Source: Prevotella sp.
GTDB taxonomy: Bacteria; Bacteroidota; Bacteroidia; Bacteroidales; Bacteroidaceae
DNA: 64,000 nucleotides
Direction of reading: 5' to 3'
NCBI GenBank assembly: GCA_022773825.1
Contig: JALFOF010000088.1
Span: 7,236-71,235, forward strand
Shown here: positions 1 through 10,230 of the stretch, piece by piece
Layout of the letters: each line of letters opens with the position of its first letter
Position numbering within the stretch: the stretch's first letter is position 1
Notes under the pieces: model-generated
The model's database searches: none
The model's input: only the letters and a program-made list of their open reading frames with translations
What the model was told of the DNA's origin: nothing
Position numbers and translations under genes: made by a program

Positions 1-1621
1 GTTTGTCACCTACATAGCCCCACAGTGCTCGCATCACCTCATCGTAGAAATCTCCAGCTTTACCCTGCGCCATGAGTTTTGCCGCTTTCTTCAGCCTTTT
101 CCCTGCCACCTTGTTAGCTTTCCTGCCACGCGCCGTTGCTATATCGGCAAGTGCCATCGCTCTCTTCCTAAATACCATTACAAGCACGATAAACGTAAAC
201 AATATGCCACCATTGAGCAACAGATAAGCTTTTGAGCCAAAGAAGGTCCCTTCAAGTTTTTCCGGCTCTGGAGTATTTTTCATGATGTCACGTATGTCGT
301 CAGCAGCCTTCTGTGAATAGTCTGTTACCGAAGCTTTTCCACCATTACCTTTCTCCACGTTTAATGTCATGGGCTGCGTCTGCAAGGTCTTATAATCCTT
401 GCTCTTTGTATCGAAGTATACGAACGTCATAGCAGGGATGACATACTTACCCATATTACGTGGCACGATGAGTATATCATAAACCATGCTTCCCGTAACG
501 CCCTCAGCGGTAAGCTTGGTCTTCTCTGTCACTTTCGCATCGTATTTGTCAAAATCCTTGGGTAACGTCAGCTCTGGCTGCTTAAGCAACTTCATATTGC
601 CGGTGCCACTCACCACAAGCCTTACGTTCACAGGGTCTCCTGCCTTCACCGTCTGTTTGTCAAGCGATGCCGAGACAGAAAACCTTCCCACACCGCCAGA
701 GAAGTTTGCAGGCTTATCGGGCAATGGTGTAACCTGTATGCTTACCGCAGGAGCTTTTATTTCTTTCTTTACCTCTATATATCCCGCCCCCCCGTTAAAG
801 AAGGCCTCAAAGGGATCTACGTTGGAGTTTTGCTGCACCACTATTCCTTTGAAGGTAATACTGGGTATCTCCAGTTTCCCTGACATTTGGGGAAACATCA
901 CATATTGACTCCAAGTGACGCAGTTGTATGCCCTGCCTCCAACGTTCTCTATATGAAACGACTTCTGCTGTGGCAGTGGTATCTCTTGGGTGTGAAAGCC
1001 ATTCAAGTCTGGCATCTTACCTTCAAGCTGCGTCAACTCCACCTGAGTATATACTTTGTATGTCAGTAATATCGGCTCTTGTTCATAAACCCGATTCTTA
1101 TTCGCCGTCACCTTGATGAAGAGGTCGTTGCCGCGTATTTGTGCCCCCGCCCTGTCCACACGTGCGCCACGCCTTTGTTGTTGCCCCCCTCCTTGCTGCT
1201 GTGAAGACGATGGGGCTTTGCCCGTCACGTTTATCCGCAGAGCCTGCGATGTTGTAGCCTTTCCATTCACCGTAGCCCGTGCCGCTGGTATGACGAACGT
1301 TCCATTCTTTACCGCCATCATCACGTATGTGTATGTCACAGAAGCCGTGTGTGTGGTCTTTCCATTCACCATGGAGAAACTCTGCTGCGTACTTGTGCTT
1401 GGTCCCATCAGCACGTTAAAGGCATCAGGCACATTTCCGAGTCTGAAGCCGCTCACATCAGTGGTATTCACCACATATCTCAGGTAGAACTGCTCTCCAG
1501 CAGCCACCTGCGACGGTCCATGCACCTCTATCGATGCCGCATACAACTTCCCGCACCCTTGCTTCAGGGGGGAAAGGAGCATGGCAAGTAGCATCACTGT
1601 AACAAAACGTACATATCTCAT
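1..1621 (-). CDS. batD: BatD family protein (3' end runs off window)
   Basis: Absent from ORF track because it is open to the window edge. Manual translation from ATG at 1621: MRYVRFVTVMLLAMLL...GPSQVAAGEQFYLRYVVNT...LMGPSTSTQQSFSMVNGK; follows batA-batB/C. Confidence 0.85.
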   Translation of the reverse strand, partial: MRYVRFVTVMLLAMLLSPLKQGCGKLYAASIEVHGPSQVAAGEQFYLRYVVNTTDVSGFRLGNVPDAFNVLMGPSTSTQQSFSMVNGKTTHTASVTYTYVMMAVKNGTFVIPAARATVNGKATTSQALRINVTGKAPSSSQQQGGGQQQRRGARVDRAGAQIRGNDLFIKVTANKNRVYEQEPILLTYKVYTQVELTQLEGKMPDLNGFHTQEIPLPQQKSFHIENVGGRAYNCVTWSQYVMFPQMSGKLEIPSITFKGIVVQQNSNVDPFEAFFNGGAGYIEVKKEIKAPAVSIQVTPLPDKPANFSGGVGRFSVSASLDKQTVKAGDPVNVRLVVSGTGNMKLLKQPELTLPKDFDKYDAKVTEKTKLTAEGVTGSMVYDILIVPRNMGKYVIPAMTFVYFDTKSKDYKTLQTQPMTLNVEKGNGGKASVTDYSQKAADDIRDIMKNTPEPEKLEGTFFGSKAYLLLNGGILFTFIVLVMVFRKRAMALADIATARGRKANKVAGKRLKKAAKLMAQGKAGDFYDEVMRALWGYVGDK

Positions 1622-1642
1622 AGTCCTCTTTCCAAAAACAAA

Positions 1643-3382
1643 TCACCAATTCTTCTGGAGGCTGCGCTTACGCGGCTGGCTCATAGCTTTCTTCATTCGC
1701 TGCTGCGTGGCCTTTTCCTCCTGCATAGCGGCATTAAGCAACTGCTCCGCATTCTCCCGGCTCATCTGCTGTTCCTGCTGCTGGCTGTTGTCATTCTTGT
1801 TTTCTTTATTTTCGTCTTTATTATTTTCCTGAGACTTGTTCTTGTTGTCGTTATTTTTATCCTTATCTTGGTTATTACCCTTATTGTCCTTGTTGTCGTT
1901 GTTATTATTGTTATTGTTGTTATTGTTGTCAGGCGAATCTTTCTTCAACTTTTGGCATAACACCATATTATACCTCGTCTCGTTGTCGTGGGGTCTCAAC
2001 CTCAACGCCTGCTTGTATTGCTCTATCGCTGGTCCATATTGCCTCCGCGCTTGCAGTATCACCCCCATGTTGTGATAACACATCGCCCTGCGCACCTTAC
2101 TGCCCTCTGCTGCCGCAGCCTTGCTGAACATCTCCATTGCGGCAGAGTCTTTCTTCTGTGCCATCAGAGCGCATCCAAGGTTATACATTGCCTGAGTATT
2201 GTGCTGGTTTGCAGCCAACGCCTTGCGATACCTCACCTCCGACTTTGCTGGCGCATCCTCCGCCCCTGCCCGGTATTGTCTGTTTCCTGAGCGTATGAAG
2301 CTCCTGTCGCTTTGGGCGAAGCCTCCCGCCACGGCCCAGAGCAACAATGCCCCCACCGTCACTCCTCTCTTCTTAAACAGCCTTAGCCTACTGAAATAAG
2401 GGTTCACAGCCTCACTTATGCACACCTCTATCACTATAAGTATTATCGCCAGTATGCCAAAGGCCTGAAACTGCTCGTCATATTCGGAATAAACCACCGT
2501 GTCCATGTCACCGCGCTGCATCTTTGCCAACTCGTCATTTAGCCTTTCCTGTGCCGCAGAAGTGTTGTCCACGTGTATATATGTGCCATTCCCCGCTGCA
2601 GCGATGTCCCTGCACATATTCTCGTTAAGAGCCGTCATCACCGTATTCCCCGTATTATCCTGCATATATCCGCCACCTTCCGCTGGTATCGGTGCCCCGG
2701 AAGTGCCGCCTATGCCGAGGATAAACACCTTGTAGCCCTTCTCCAACGCCTCTTTCGCCGCTTCCGTTGCTCCGCCTTCATGGTCTTCACCATCCGTTAT
2801 CACGATGATGGCTTTACCTATGTTCTTCTGCTGCGTGAAGCTGTTAGCAGCGAGGTTTATGGCAGCGGCAATATCCGTGCCCTGCGTCTGTATCAGCGAT
2901 GGGTCGATATTTTGCAAGAACATCTTGGCAGACACATAGTCGCTTGTTATTGGCAGTTGCACGAAAGCATCCCCGGCAAAAACAATCATGCCTACCTTGT
3001 CTTTTGTAAAGTTATCCACAAGATTCTCTATCAGCATCTTGCTCTTTTGCAATCTGCTCGGCACTACATCCTGTGCCAGCATGGAGTTCGATATGTCAAA
3101 GGCTATGATAGCCTCAATGCCGTTACGCTTCTCGTGCGTCACTTTCGTACCCATCTGCGGTCGTGCCACCATGAGCGTCACGATGGCGAAGACCCCCTGC
3201 ACCAAGATGAATTTTGTCCACCTGCGCTTTGCGGAAGCATCGGGCATGAGAGCTTTCACAAGATTGGCATCCCCCAACCTGCGTAGCATCTTCCTGCGCC
3301 GCCACTCTGCCCAGCCCATCAACATCACCATCATCGGTATAACGCAGAGGAGCCATAGGTATGTCGTATCTTCAAATCTCAT
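1643..3382 (-). CDS. batB: Fused BatB (vWA) - BatC (TPR) protein
   Basis: N-terminal BatA/B membrane motif, vWA MIDAS DISNSM and ITDGEDH; then TM segments, TPR repeats, an N/D/K/Q-rich linker and the BatC-type end (MSRENAEQLL...KNW). Confidence 0.85.
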   Translation of the reverse strand: MRFEDTTYLWLLCVIPMMVMLMGWAEWRRRKMLRRLGDANLVKALMPDASAKRRWTKFILVQGVFAIVTLMVARPQMGTKVTHEKRNGIEAIIAFDISNSMLAQDVVPSRLQKSKMLIENLVDNFTKDKVGMIVFAGDAFVQLPITSDYVSAKMFLQNIDPSLIQTQGTDIAAAINLAANSFTQQKNIGKAIIVITDGEDHEGGATEAAKEALEKGYKVFILGIGGTSGAPIPAEGGGYMQDNTGNTVMTALNENMCRDIAAAGNGTYIHVDNTSAAQERLNDELAKMQRGDMDTVVYSEYDEQFQAFGILAIILIVIEVCISEAVNPYFSRLRLFKKRGVTVGALLLWAVAGGFAQSDRSFIRSGNRQYRAGAEDAPAKSEVRYRKALAANQHNTQAMYNLGCALMAQKKDSAAMEMFSKAAAAEGSKVRRAMCYHNMGVILQARRQYGPAIEQYKQALRLRPHDNETRYNMVLCQKLKKDSPDNNNNNNNNNNDNKDNKGNNQDKDKNNDNKNKSQENNKDENKENKNDNSQQQEQQMSRENAEQLLNAAMQEEKATQQRMKKAMSQPRKRSLQKNW

Positions 3383-3391
3383 ATTCTTTTC

Positions 3392-4399
3392 TTAGTTTTT
3401 CCTCAGCAGCGTCAGCCTCAGCAGCACTTCCAGCGCAAGCATGAGCAACGCCGCAAGGGCAAACGGCTGATATGCCTCATAGCGTTTTGTGAACTTCTTC
3501 ACGTTGAGCCTCGACTTCTCAAGCTGGTCAATGTCCTTGTATATTCTGCGCAGCTCCTTGGTGTTCGTCGCCCTGTAGAAATGCCCGTCACTCATCGCCG
3601 CAATATTTCTTAACGTCTTAGTGTCTATCTCCACGGGAATGTTAACATACTGCACCCCTCCTGCCACTGGCATAGGGTAACGCGCCACCTTATTAGTACC
3701 CACACCTATGGTATATACACGTATCCCCATGCTCTTCGCTATCTGTGCCGCCGTCATCGGCGATATGTCACCCATGTTGTTAGAGCCATCTGTAAGAAGT
3801 ATCACGACCCTGCTTTTCGCTTTTGAGGCTTTTAGGCGCGACACCGCATTGGCAAGTCCCATTCCTATCGCCGTACCATCACTGATAAGCCCGTGGGCGG
3901 CAATGTCCGTCCTCACCGCCCTCAACAAGTTCAGCAACGAGGCATGATCCGTTGTCATAGGACATTGCGTGAAAGCTTCGCCAGCGAATATCGTCAGGCC
4001 TATATTGTCGTTAGGCCTATCTGTCACAAATTCCGCTGCCACCTGCTTAGCGGCCTCTATGCGGTTCGGCGCAAGGTCCTCCGCCAACATACTCGTTGAC
4101 ACATCCATCGCCAGCATTATGTCTATACCCTCAACGGTCTTCTCATCCCAAGCGTTGTGTGTCTGAGGATGCGCCATCGCCATAACTATGAGGACAAAGG
4201 CGGCACACCTCAACAACATGGGCAGATATATCAACCGTACGCGCCAGCTCATCGGTGCATTGCGGTAAACGGAAGCATCGCTGAAGGTGATGGAAGCCTC
4301 CATCTTTCTCTTTCCCCGGTTGCGGAACTGCACATACCATATAATATAAGGTATGAGCAACAGCAGCAGCAAGAAATATATCGGTTCTGTGAAAGTCAT
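3392..4399 (-). CDS. batA: BatA vWA-domain protein
   Basis: GIDIMLAMDVSTSM, DGTAIGMGLANAV, LLTDGSNN; bat operon position. Confidence 0.92.
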   Translation of the reverse strand: MTFTEPIYFLLLLLLIPYIIWYVQFRNRGKRKMEASITFSDASVYRNAPMSWRVRLIYLPMLLRCAAFVLIVMAMAHPQTHNAWDEKTVEGIDIMLAMDVSTSMLAEDLAPNRIEAAKQVAAEFVTDRPNDNIGLTIFAGEAFTQCPMTTDHASLLNLLRAVRTDIAAHGLISDGTAIGMGLANAVSRLKASKAKSRVVILLTDGSNNMGDISPMTAAQIAKSMGIRVYTIGVGTNKVARYPMPVAGGVQYVNIPVEIDTKTLRNIAAMSDGHFYRATNTKELRRIYKDIDQLEKSRLNVKKFTKRYEAYQPFALAALLMLALEVLLRLTLLRKN

Positions 4400-4473
4400 T
4401 CTTATTCTTTTGTTTCGCTTATGCTCTACTTAAGGAGTTATTGGGAGTTATTGGGAGTTATTTAGGAAGTCTC

Positions 4474-5538
4474 TCAGCCCCTCAGGTCATACAGCAACCA
4501 GCCTACATACACCATCAGCGCCACCTGCAACGCCACCATTATGGCGATGGTCCATTTCAGCGACAGCCTCATGCGCATAGTCTGCCTCTCCTGCTCCGTA
4601 GCCTGCGGCATTACCTTCTCCTCCACCGGTGTGTCATCAGTCTTCGTGGTGTAGATAAAGTCCACCGCCGACACGAGGTTACGGTCCTTCTCACCCACCC
4701 CTGCCGTGTATTTGGCGAATTTCACGAGGTCAGCGGTAGTGAAGAGCATCGTCATCTCTTCTATCTTCTCTTTGTCGCCATCAGCTTTGAGGCGTTCTAT
4801 TATCTCCGCACTCGTCATCTCCATCGCGCTAAAGCCGAAACGTTCCTCTATATATTTCCTCAATACATCCGTCAGCTGCGTGTAATACGTCTTCTCGTCC
4901 ACCAGCCCAACGCTGTCCTTTATCTCACCTATCGTCTTCAGTGCACGCTGGTGGGGAGGCACTCTCTTAACTATGCGCACCCTCAAGTGCACTGGTTTAC
5001 CCGACTTAAGCCTTATCCATGCCAGAGCGCACAATATGTACAATGCCGCCATAAGCAGGCTCATCCACAGCACGTGTTCCCATTCCCCCCATTGGAAGGG
5101 GTTGTCCTGCACATCCTCCGGCCCGAAATACTGCTCCGGCTTCAGCGTGTCCACCGGCACCGTCAGCACCTTCAGCGCAAGACTCTTCGTCTCGTACACG
5201 CGCCCGTCCACCTTCACTTTCTGCGGTGGTATGTAGTACAGCGAATCCTCGAAGGCAGTAAGTCTGACGTGCTGCGTTATTTTAAGAAAGCCGTCGCCCG
5301 TGTCTATGGTGTCCACCATTGATGCCTCCACCACTTCCACCCCAGATGCCAGCATATCCTGCGGCTTCCAGTTGCTGAACGTCACCTGCTGACCTCTCCT
5401 CACGCTGGCGGTGACGTGCAACTTCGTCTGCTCACCCACCACCATCTGCGTGGAGTCTATCAGTGCCTCCACCGACACCTGCGGGTAGGCTGCGAGGGTA
5501 CACAGCAACAATATGTATGTCAATAATGTCTTCTTCAT
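4474..5538 (-). CDS. bat-operon membrane protein (BatD-like N-terminus)
   Basis: Signal peptide, two TM segments, ADLVKFAK motif; between DUF58 and batA. Confidence 0.75.
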   Translation of the reverse strand: MKKTLLTYILLLCTLAAYPQVSVEALIDSTQMVVGEQTKLHVTASVRRGQQVTFSNWKPQDMLASGVEVVEASMVDTIDTGDGFLKITQHVRLTAFEDSLYYIPPQKVKVDGRVYETKSLALKVLTVPVDTLKPEQYFGPEDVQDNPFQWGEWEHVLWMSLLMAALYILCALAWIRLKSGKPVHLRVRIVKRVPPHQRALKTIGEIKDSVGLVDEKTYYTQLTDVLRKYIEERFGFSAMEMTSAEIIERLKADGDKEKIEEMTMLFTTADLVKFAKYTAGVGEKDRNLVSAVDFIYTTKTDDTPVEEKVMPQATEQERQTMRMRLSLKWTIAIMVALQVALMVYVGWLLYDLRG

Positions 5539-5556
5539 CTTTCTTCCTTTTCCCCC

Positions 5557-6432
5557 TTACCTCCTCACTGCGAACAGCTGCCGCAGTGCCTGCACGAAAT
5601 CGCCGTCGGTGGCCACTGACACGTAGTCCACCGCATTCTTGCGGAACACCTGCCCCAGTGCCTCCATTCGCTCAGTCCAATAACGCTCATGTGCGCGGCG
5701 CACGGCTTTACTTGATGTGTCGAGGTACATCTCGCGCCCCGTCTCCGCATCGCGCACTCGCAACAGCCCCACATCGGGCAGCGACTTCAGCAACGGGTCG
5801 TACAGTTGTATGCCAGCCACATCGTGGCGCGAGCGGCACACTTGCAGAGGGCGGCTGAAATCACCCGGGTCGTAGAAATCACTCATTACGAAGGCCGTAC
5901 ACCTGCGTTTCTGCATCCTGCCAAGAAACTCCAGCGCAGCGCCCACATCCGTCTTCTTCGACACTGGCTGGAAGTCCAGCATCTCGCGTATGATATACAG
6001 GATATGCCTGCGTCCTTTCTTCGGAGGTATGTATTTCTCTATCTGGTCAGAAAAGAAGATGACCCCAATCTTGTCATTGTTCTGTATGGCACTGAACGCC
6101 AGCGTGGCGGCAATCATCGTAGCCATCTCGCTCTTAGTCTGTGCGCGTGTCCCGAAGTTCAGCGACCCCGACACATCCACGAGCAACATGACCGTCAGCT
6201 CCCTTTCCTCCTCAAACACTTTCACGTAAGGACGGTGGAAGCGGGCGGTGACGTTCCAGTCTATGTCGCGTATGTCGTCGCCATACTGATATTCCCTCAC
6301 CTCGGCAAACGCCATGCCCCTGCCCTTGAATGCAGAGTGATACTGTCCCGCGAACATATTGCTGCTCAGCCCGCGCGACTTTATCTCGATGCGCCTCACC
6401 TTGCTGAAGATGTCACCTTCCTTCTCTATCAT
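5557..6432 (-). CDS. DUF58 domain protein
   Basis: FKGRGMAFAEVREYQYGDDIRDIDWNVTAR; overlaps the moxR stop by 4 nt. Confidence 0.92.
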   Translation of the reverse strand: MIEKEGDIFSKVRRIEIKSRGLSSNMFAGQYHSAFKGRGMAFAEVREYQYGDDIRDIDWNVTARFHRPYVKVFEEERELTVMLLVDVSGSLNFGTRAQTKSEMATMIAATLAFSAIQNNDKIGVIFFSDQIEKYIPPKKGRRHILYIIREMLDFQPVSKKTDVGAALEFLGRMQKRRCTAFVMSDFYDPGDFSRPLQVCRSRHDVAGIQLYDPLLKSLPDVGLLRVRDAETGREMYLDTSSKAVRRAHERYWTERMEALGQVFRKNAVDYVSVATDGDFVQALRQLFAVRR

Positions 6433-7412
6433 GGAACCTCTACATTATTTATAATACGGCTCACTATTTCCTCTGCCGTCACATTGCTCGCCTCCGCCTC
6501 GTATGACAGTCCTATACGGTGGCGCAGCACGTCGTGCGCCACAGCCCTCACGTCTTCCGGAACCACATAGCCCCTGCGCTTGATGAAAGCGAACGCCCTC
6601 GCTGCCTTGGCGAGATTGATGGAGGCACGCGGACTGCCCCCGAAGGTTATCATAGCCTTCATCTCGCCGAGCCCGTACTGCTCTGGGTAGCGCGTGGCGA
6701 AGACCATGTCGGCAATGTACTGCTCTATCTTCTCGTCAATATACACCTGACGCACCACCTCACGCGCCTTTATAATCTCTTCGGCAGAACTTACGGGAGA
6801 CACCTCCGGCAATGCCCCCGCAAGGTTCTCGCGCATGATACGCTTCTCCTCCTCCATCGTAGGATAGCCTATTACCACCTTCAGCATGAAGCGGTCCATC
6901 TGCGCCTCCGGCAGTGGGTATGTTCCCTCCTGCTCCACAGGGTTCTGCGTTGCCATGACAAGGAACGGCTTTGGCAGCATGAAGGTGTCGTCACCTATCG
7001 TGACCTGATGTTCCTGCATGGCCTCCAGCAGTGCCGACTGCACCTTTGCCGGCGCGCGATTTATCTCGTCCGCCAGCACGAAGTTTGCGAACACAGGCCC
7101 CTTCTTCACATGGAAAGCCTCATCCTTCTGCGAGTAAATCATGGTGCCCACCACGTCGGCAGGCAGCAAGTCAGGCGTAAACTGTATGCGACTGAACTGT
7201 CCGTCTATAAGGCTGGAAAGCGTTTTTATGGCAAGTGTCTTGGCCAATCCCGGCACGCCCTCCAGCAGTATATGTCCATCGCTGAGCAGCCCTATCAGCA
7301 GCGACTCTACAAGATGCTTCTGCCCCACTATCACGCGGTCCATGCCCGCGGTGAGATTTGTTACGAAATTGCTGTTCTGCTCTATCAGAGCATTCAGTTC
7401 TCTTATATCCAT
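6429..7412 (-). CDS. moxR: MoxR family AAA+ ATPase
   Basis: GVPGLAKT Walker A, RIQFTPDLLPAD, LADEINRAPAKVQSALLEAM, ATQNPVEQEGTYPLPEAQ. Confidence 0.95.
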   Translation of the reverse strand: MDIRELNALIEQNSNFVTNLTAGMDRVIVGQKHLVESLLIGLLSDGHILLEGVPGLAKTLAIKTLSSLIDGQFSRIQFTPDLLPADVVGTMIYSQKDEAFHVKKGPVFANFVLADEINRAPAKVQSALLEAMQEHQVTIGDDTFMLPKPFLVMATQNPVEQEGTYPLPEAQMDRFMLKVVIGYPTMEEEKRIMRENLAGALPEVSPVSSAEEIIKAREVVRQVYIDEKIEQYIADMVFATRYPEQYGLGEMKAMITFGGSPRASINLAKAARAFAFIKRRGYVVPEDVRAVAHDVLRHRIGLSYEAEASNVTAEEIVSRIINNVEVP

Positions 7413-7452
7413 CAGTCTGTGGTCTTTGTACTATTATATTGTTTTGCAAACG

Positions 7453-7484
7453 CAAAGTTACGCATTTTTCCCACCAGATGCAAG
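7453..7484 (-). promoter_or_regulatory. Bacteroidetes sigma-A promoter of the moxR-bat operon
   Basis: Minus strand CTTG-N20-TAACTTTG, about 40 nt upstream of moxR. Confidence 0.7.
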
Positions 7485-7553
7485 AAGATTGCATAAAATA
7501 ACATTTTATTAACGTTAGTTTTGGAAGTGGTGAACGGGAGTTAACCCAAGTTT

Positions 7554-7770
7554 GTTCTCTTGTATGTACTCTATGACGTAGCACTTTGAGATGGACGGAT
7601 ACTTCTGCCTCGCCCTGCCCACACGCTCGATGACCATCTCGTAGTTCTTGGTGCCATTCTTCTTGGCGAGTGAGTCCTTTGCTTTCTGCAGCTCCTCCTC
7701 AAAGCGTTCTTTGAACTTGCTGTTCATGGAAGTCCCCTTGAGTTCTTTTGCCCGGAAGCTTATCTCAACC
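7554..7770 (-). pseudogene. Internal fragment of an IS1634-like transposase
   Basis: Reads EISFRAKELKGTSMNSKFKERFEEELQKAKDSLAKKNGTKNYEMVIERVGRARQKYPSISKCYVIEY, which I recognise as the central helical segment of Bacteroidales IS1634-type transposases; no flanking transposase sequence or terminal repeats. Confidence 0.65.
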
Positions 7771-7774
7771 AACC

Positions 7775-8158
7775 TCAGAATCCGAGCTGCAGGAGCACTT
7801 CCCGAGGGGACTTCTCCGAACGGCAGACATACTGAAAACGGAAGCCAGCCTCGACGTAGGGTTTCATGTGTGTGGACTCCCTCACGGAGGAGGTAAGCAG
7901 CTGGATGAGCTGCTCGCGATGGGTGGCGATGACGGAGGGGTCGTCGAGTGGGCCGGAGAAAGTGCAATAGTAGGTGTAGGTGCGGGTGGATTTGTTGAAG
8001 CTGACGCTGTCGGTGCGGGTGTAGTTGATGACGGGGGTGGGGCAATACTTGCGGGTGTAGTCGGCGGCGGCGCGCGCGGCTTTGTCTTCCATACTCTCCT
8101 GACACGACATGAGGAGAGAGAGGAGAAGAGGAATGAGGGATAAAAGGGTGTGCTTCAT
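7775..8158 (-). CDS. Hypothetical lipoprotein
   Basis: MKHTLLSLIPLLLSLLMSC lipoprotein signal; TAATTTTG at 8207-8214 (minus) upstream. Confidence 0.75.
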   Translation of the reverse strand: MKHTLLSLIPLLLSLLMSCQESMEDKAARAAADYTRKYCPTPVINYTRTDSVSFNKSTRTYTYYCTFSGPLDDPSVIATHREQLIQLLTSSVRESTHMKPYVEAGFRFQYVCRSEKSPREVLLQLGF

Positions 8159-8264
8159 AACGGTTTATCTGATGTTCGCGGATGGGCTGTTGCCTGTTTG
8201 TGGGTACAAAATTAAGAAAATTGCACGACAAATACAATAAAAAATGCAAAAAAGTGTTTTTCCG

Positions 8265-8296
8265 CTTGTCTATCTATGAAATATTGTATATCTTTG
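8265..8296 (+). promoter_or_regulatory. Promoter of lepA
   Basis: CTTG(8265)-N20-TATCTTTG(8289). Confidence 0.65.
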
Positions 8297-8393
8297 TAGC
8301 TTGAAAAAGAATGTCTGTCCAGAGGAAGTTCTGATAAACGAGGAACGAGGTTAATGGCTTTGGGCAAGGCGTCAACAACAACAAAAGGAACGA

Positions 8394-10175
8394 ATGGAGA
8401 AGATAAGGAATTTCTGCATAATAGCCCACATAGACCATGGCAAAAGCACGATAGCTGACCGACTGCTGGAATATACTAATACCATACAGGTGACGGAAGG
8501 GCAGATGCTTGACGACATGGACCTTGAGAAGGAGCGTGGCATTACGATTAAAAGTCATGCCATACAGATGGCGTACGAGAAGGATGGGGAGAGATATATT
8601 CTCAACCTTATTGACACTCCGGGGCACGTAGATTTCTCTTACGAGGTGTCGAGGAGCATAGCGGCGTGCGAGGGCGCAGTGCTCGTGGTGGACGCCACGC
8701 AGGGGGTGCAGGCGCAGACTATATCAAACCTCTACATGGCGATAGACCACGACTTGGAGATAATTCCTGTGATAAACAAGATTGACATGCCGGCGGCGAT
8801 GCCTGACGAGGTGGAGGACGAGATAATAGAACTGATAGGGTGTGACCGCAAGGACATAATACGCGCCAGCGGCAAGACGGGCGAGGGAATACCGGAGATT
8901 CTTGACGCGGTGATAGAGCGCATACCGCACCCTGTGGGAGACCCCGAGGCACCGCTACAAGCCCTAATTTTCGACTCTGTGTTTAATAGCTTCCGTGGCA
9001 TCATAGCTTACTTCAAGGTGCAGAACGGCTCAATAAAGAAGGGGGACAAGGTAAAGTTCTTCAACACGGGCATGGAATACGATGCTGACGAGGTAGGAGT
9101 GCTGAAGATGGACATGATACCGCGCGCGGAGATGGGCACTGGTGAGGTGGGCTACATCATCTCGGGCATAAAGGATGCGAAGGAGGTGAAGGTTGGCGAC
9201 ACTATAACTCACGTGGCAAAGCCTTGCGAAAAGGCTATCAGCGGTTTCCAAGAGGTGAAGCCGATGGTGTTTGCGGGGGTATATCCGATAGACCCCGCGG
9301 ACTACGAAAACCTGCGCGCCTCGCTGGAGAAGCTACAATTGAACGACGCGTCGCTGTCGTTCCAGCCAGAGTCGTCCATCGCCCTCGGCTTCGGTTTCCG
9401 TTGCGGTTTCCTCGGACTGTTGCACATGGAGATAGTGCAGGAGCGTCTGGACCGTGAATTTAACATGGACGTGATAACGACGGTGCCGAACGTTTCATAC
9501 ATGGTGTACGACAAACAGGGAGGGGCGAAGGAGGTGCACAACCCTTCTGGACTGCCCGAAGTTACTATGATTGACCATATCGAGGAGCCGTACATCAAAG
9601 CGACGATAATAACGGACGCTAACTATATTGGTGGCATAATGAAACTGTGCCTCGACAAGCGCGGAGAGCTGGTGAAACAGGAGTATGTGTCGGGAAACCG
9701 CGTGGAACTGCATTTCATGATTCCGCTGGGCGAGATAGTGATAGATTTCTATGACAAACTGAAGTCTATATCAAAGGGATATGCATCGTTTGACTACCAC
9801 ATTGACAGTTTCCGCCCGTCAAAACTCGCCAAGCTCGACATACTGCTCAACGGCGAGCCTGTTGACGCTCTGTCCACACTGACGCACAATGACAATGCCG
9901 TGACATTCGGCAGACGGATGTGTGAGAAACTTAAGGAGCTGATACCGAGGCAGCAATTCGACATTGCCATACAGGCGGCGATTGGCGCGAAGATAATTGC
10001 CCGTGAGACGATAAAATGTGTGCGCAAGGATGTTACTGCCAAGTGCTACGGCGGTGACGTGAGCAGAAAGAGAAAGCTGCTTGAAAAGCAGAAGAAAGGC
10101 AAGAAGCGCATGAAGCAGATAGGCAACGTGGAGGTGCCTCAGAAGGCTTTCCTCGCTGTGCTGAAACTGGACTAA
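8394..10175 (+). CDS. lepA: Elongation factor 4
   Basis: [32 protein letters not shown]-terminal [26 protein letters not shown]. Confidence 0.99.
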   Translation: MEKIRNFCIIAHIDHGKSTIADRLLEYTNTIQVTEGQMLDDMDLEKERGITIKSHAIQMAYEKDGERYILNLIDTPGHVDFSYEVSRSIAACEGAVLVVDATQGVQAQTISNLYMAIDHDLEIIPVINKIDMPAAMPDEVEDEIIELIGCDRKDIIRASGKTGEGIPEILDAVIERIPHPVGDPEAPLQALIFDSVFNSFRGIIAYFKVQNGSIKKGDKVKFFNTGMEYDADEVGVLKMDMIPRAEMGTGEVGYIISGIKDAKEVKVGDTITHVAKPCEKAISGFQEVKPMVFAGVYPIDPADYENLRASLEKLQLNDASLSFQPESSIALGFGFRCGFLGLLHMEIVQERLDREFNMDVITTVPNVSYMVYDKQGGAKEVHNPSGLPEVTMIDHIEEPYIKATIITDANYIGGIMKLCLDKRGELVKQEYVSGNRVELHFMIPLGEIVIDFYDKLKSISKGYASFDYHIDSFRPSKLAKLDILLNGEPVDALSTLTHNDNAVTFGRRMCEKLKELIPRQQFDIAIQAAIGAKIIARETIKCVRKDVTAKCYGGDVSRKRKLLEKQKKGKKRMKQIGNVEVPQKAFLAVLKLD

Positions 10176-10230
10176 AGCGGCAAAGGCAAAAAGACCTGAT
10201 ACACAAAACCCATCTTAAACTATACACGAA

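Noticed and set aside
6519-7496. Long antisense ORFs (also 4441-5322, 5806-6570, 21339-22067, 45958-46707, 61716-62573)
   Set aside because: Shadows of well-supported opposite-strand genes, with no motifs; expected from codon bias.
7515-8249. 244-aa ORF as a real gene
   Set aside because: It joins an off-frame reading of the lipoprotein gene to the transposase scrap, and its start lies upstream of the likely promoter.
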